From: Azolla caroliniana
Lineage: Eukaryota; Plantae; Polypodiophyta
Assembly (NCBI GenBank): GCA_043228905.1
Contig: JBHGNT010000012.1
Location: 14,074,001 to 14,138,000, forward strand
Length of the DNA stretch: 64,000 bases
Reading direction: 5' to 3'
Shown: positions 60,341 to 64,000 of the stretch, in pieces
How the letters are laid out: each line of letters opens with the position of its first letter
Position numbering within the stretch: position 1 is the first letter of the stretch
Translations under genes and position numbers: made by a program
The notes under the pieces: generated by a model
The model's database searches: none
Told to the model about the DNA's origin: nothing
Seen by the model: the letters and a program-made list of their open reading frames with translations, nothing else

Positions 60341-63300
60341 ATGTCCAGCCAAATGGAAGGGGAAGAAGGGTGTTTAGAATTACCCCTCAATGATCATAAG
60401 GATAGGGATGATGCTATCAGGACACAACAAGCCATACGAAACTATTGGGCAGAAAAAAAAAGGAAACATCGTCAATTGTTGAAGGATACGAAAGCCACAC
60501 TTAGTAAAGGTAATGATAGTTTAGCTGAGAATGTAATTAATGCGACTACCATCATAGAGAGAAAGGTTGTAGACTATTTCAATGTTCAAACCAAGCACAT
60601 CAACAATGAAGAAAAGAAGGTAGTACTTTATGGAATATGTAATGATCCATCGATAAAGGACTTAGTTGATTGTCATGGTCTTAATGCAAACATATCATCT
60701 ATTTTAGTAAATAATCTTTATAATAGTTTCGTATCCATGAGCAAGTCAGAAGATGATCTTGTCTTAAAAAGGTCTAGTCTAATGATGTTACTTAATAGTG
60801 ATGTTGACGATATAAACATCACTGAGCTATCTAAGGTAATTGGTGTTAGTAGAAAAACAGTGTACAATACAATGAACCGTATAATTTCCTCGGGTGAAGG
60901 AACTAGTCTACTAAAGCTAACTACAAGATGTAAGCTAATGACACCCATAACATTTGAAATCAAGGATGTAATCACAATGTTTTGGACAAATGAGAGTAGG
61001 GTTTCAACCAATAAAAAGGATTTATGCAGGAAACGTGTTGGAAGACATCAATACGAGGAGCATCCCATTCATCTTCTTGATGTACCTAAGGTATTTACAT
61101 TTATCTCAACATTTGTTTTGACTCTACACGGAAAGTTAATTAGCTCAGATAGCAGAAAAGCTAATTAGCTTATCAGCTACATTTACCTCAGTTAGCTAGT
61201 AGGATAACTACTACATAGGTAACTGCCTACTCTCAATAGCTACTACCATGATAGTTAATTAGCTATTCTCAATAACTAATTTAGTTACTACCTGATAATT
61301 AGCTACCAAAATAGCTAACTAGCTACCATGATAGCTAATTAGCTATTCTCAATAGCTAATTTAGTTATTACCAGATAATTAGCTACCAGAATAGCTAATT
61401 AGCTTTTAGGATAGCTAAATAGCTATTAGAATAGGGTTTTAGCTACCATGATAGCTAAATAGCTACTAGAATAGCTAATTAGAATAGGTAATTAGCTAAT
61501 TAGCTATTAGAATAGGTAATTAGCTACCATGATAGCTAATTAGCTACTATGATAGTTAGCTACTCTAGTTATTACTAGCTAATTAGCTGCTAGGAAAGCT
61601 AATTAGCTACCATGATAGCTAATTAGGTACTAGGACAGCTACTATGATACCATGATAGGTAACTAGCTACTAGAACAACTAATTAGCTACTAGGACAGCT
61701 AATTAGCTACTAGGATAGCTAATTTCGTTATTACCAGCTAATTAGCTACTAGGAAAGCATATTAGCTACCATGATAGCTAATTAGCTACTAGGACAGCTA
61801 ATTAGCCACCATGATAGCTAATTAGCTACTAGACCAGCTAATTAGCTACCATGATAACTAATTAGCTACTAGGAAAGCTAATTAGCTACAAGGAGAGCTA
61901 GTTAGCTACCATGATAGCTAATTAGCTACTAGACCAGCTAATTAGCTATCCTATAGCTACCATGATAGCTAATTAGCTACTAGGACAACTAATTAGCTAC
62001 CATGATAGCTAATTAGCTACTAGACCAGCTAATAAGCTACTAGAACAACTCATTAGATACTAGAATAGCTAATTAGCTACTAAGATAGTTAACTAGTTAC
62101 GAGAATAACTAGTTCCCCTTTATTACGCAGGTCGATTTATTTATTAGGTTCAAATGAGTGCATCCAAATATCAAAGTTCAACTACGAACATTCGAGTCTC
62201 TTAAGCCACACTTTGTGAGACGCTTAAAGGATCGATACACATGTTGTTGCATTTACCATGTATAGATGGGTTTTCTGAAGGACTGTTAATCTACTACGTC
62301 ACCATAGCGCATCCCTAACTAATACAGTTTGCACATGTGGGTGCCCAATCTGTCGATCAAGCCCGCAAGAGGAGTGTAAATCATCTGAGCACGTTATCTC
62401 TTCCATGAGTTATTTATTAGATTCAATATTGTGTCCGAGAGAAACTGACGCTATCCTCCATAGTCATAAATGTGTCATGGGTTTATGTCAAGATTGTGGC
62501 CCTACTAGATTTAGGTGGTGTCTAAATGAATTGAGTAGTGAAATATTGATATCTGTGAACTTATTTGAGTCAATGAACACCAATTTCGAAGGAAAGGTGT
62601 GTAAAAGAAAGGATCTAGTTTAGAAGATGCTTAAACCAAGGGATTTGGTGTCTCTGTTTGTAGTATCTCTAGGAAAGTTCATTAAACACAACTTCATTTA
62701 TTCATGGCAGACCCATCAGTTTAAGACTTGCATATCTGATTTCCCAAATGATGTAGTAGTTTCAGTAGTAGATTTCGCAGAGAATTATACTTTCAAGCAA
62801 CAGAATGAAATTCAATCTATGCATTGGTGTTCAGTTCAGGTAACCATTTTTGTGCACATAACATATTTTCGAGTTTCAGGTGATGTTAAAAAAGTAATTC
62901 ATTTCTTTATTTCTGATGATAAGAAGCATGATACCTTGTTCGTCCAACACTGTTTGAAGTTACATTGGCAGTGGTTATTAGCTCAACGTTTGGAGCTTAG
63001 TCAACATTGGGTCTGGTCTGACGGAGCTGCGTCACAATTCCAGGCTCGACATCCATTTTATTTTGTGGGGAGGAATCCTGCTATAACAGGTTTGGAGATG
63101 AGATGGAAATTTTTGGGTCTAGCCATGGTAAAGGTGAACATGATGGTGCAAGGGATGTTATAAAGCGGGCACTTACCCATGAACAACTAAAGATAGATGG
63201 TGTGCACATAAATTGTGCATCACATGTAGTTAAATTTTTAAGAACAAATATGTCAACGAGTGCAACAGGTGTTTATTCCTCGCAAGTCCGAGATATCAAA

Positions 63301-63968
63301 CGTGAATTTTGGGAAGTGAAGATAGATGAAGTAAATAGGGAGAAGACCTGGGAGTGCCAAGGAATTCCCGAATTGCGATCTCTGCATGCTATTCGCGGTT
63401 ATTCCAGGTTGGATGGTCATTGTATTGCGGTTAGAGAATTGACTTGATTTTGCTTCCATTGTGTGCAGGGAAATTGGAGATATTGTCTAAACAAAGAATA
63501 CATTCAGAATTGGGAGTATCACACTCTGAATGATAAGGAAGCAGTTGATGGAGAAACAGGGCAGAATGCTGACTTCACATATGAGGGACTTGGAGATACT
63601 TTGAGTGATGTCTTGAACGTTGGGGATAACTTCGTTGTAAATGCTGAAGAAGGCAATTTAGAGGGTGCCGATTTCTATATATTGAAGTGCACGGTTAATA
63701 AATAGTGTGCAAGGCTGAATATTCTAGATGCATGGGGAAATTTTGTATCTCCTAGGACATTCTACATCGAAGGCATTTTTTATGCAAAACTAGATGACTA
63801 CGAATATGTGTACAGGTTGTTAGAAGACAAACCAACATCGTACATGTACTCTCATTTGGTCAGGTGCATCAACGTCCCAATGTCAGAATACAATAGCTGC
63901 TTAGGTTTATACACTATTGGTGCTAATGTGTATGAATGTATTTACAATAGTATGCCATGGAATTTGTA
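60341..63968 (+). pseudogene. Sola2-like DDD transposase, two exons (60341-61090, 62131-~63968), with stops and a frameshift
   Basis: FESLKPHFV...RYTCCCIYH, VVDFAENY...EIQSMHW...QVTI, FISDDKKHD, WSDGAASQF and FGSSHGKGEHDG. Intron GT 61091 to AG 62130. Confidence 0.82.
61135..62110. repeat. Minisatellite array of palindromic TAGCTAATTAGCTA units (~21-bp period)
   Basis: Dozens of (GA)TAGCTAATTAGCTAC(CATGA/TAGGA) units within the transposase intron. Confidence 0.92.
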
Positions 63969-64000
63969 GCTACAAGTAGCAATTACCATGTTCTCTTGTA

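Larger units (their letters stand above)
59167..64000 (+). mobile_element. Sola2-like DNA transposon, left part; right end beyond the window
   Basis: Copia RT stops abruptly at LWLSQ and new sequence begins GGGTGAAAGC. Subterminal AATTAGCTA motifs; transposase follows. Confidence 0.7.

Overview
This window is eukaryotic nuclear DNA from a land plant, probably a seed-free plant such as a fern or lycophyte (inferred from the element mix). A small gene island holds a 10-exon organellar seryl-tRNA synthetase (16364-23604, +) and a convergent TMEM234-like gene (25164-25577, -). It is embedded in nested transposable elements: Ty1/copia, Ty3/gypsy, L1 and RTEX-like LINEs, a Ulp1-carrying Mutator-like element, a hAT element, and two Sola-like DDD transposase genes. 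The most striking region is ~30.7-41.8 kb. An intron-containing gene encodes a ParB/Srx-like domain fused to a prokaryote-type beta-class N6-adenine/N4-cytosine DNA methyltransferase (DIPY ... NPYQKP ... DLFSGTGTT). It sits head-to-head with an intact 939-aa Sola1/DUF7869-like transposase across a ~0.7 kb CCAAT-rich spacer. Four palindromes (GAACTCGATA-N5-TATCGAGTTC) lie in the inferred first intron. This looks like a DNA transposon carrying its own amino-methyltransferase, although element termini were not found. A young gag-only LTR element has inserted in the centre of one palindrome, and its LTR carries an antisense tRNA-like A-box/B-box Pol III promoter. All family assignments come from motif recognition by eye; no database searches were run.
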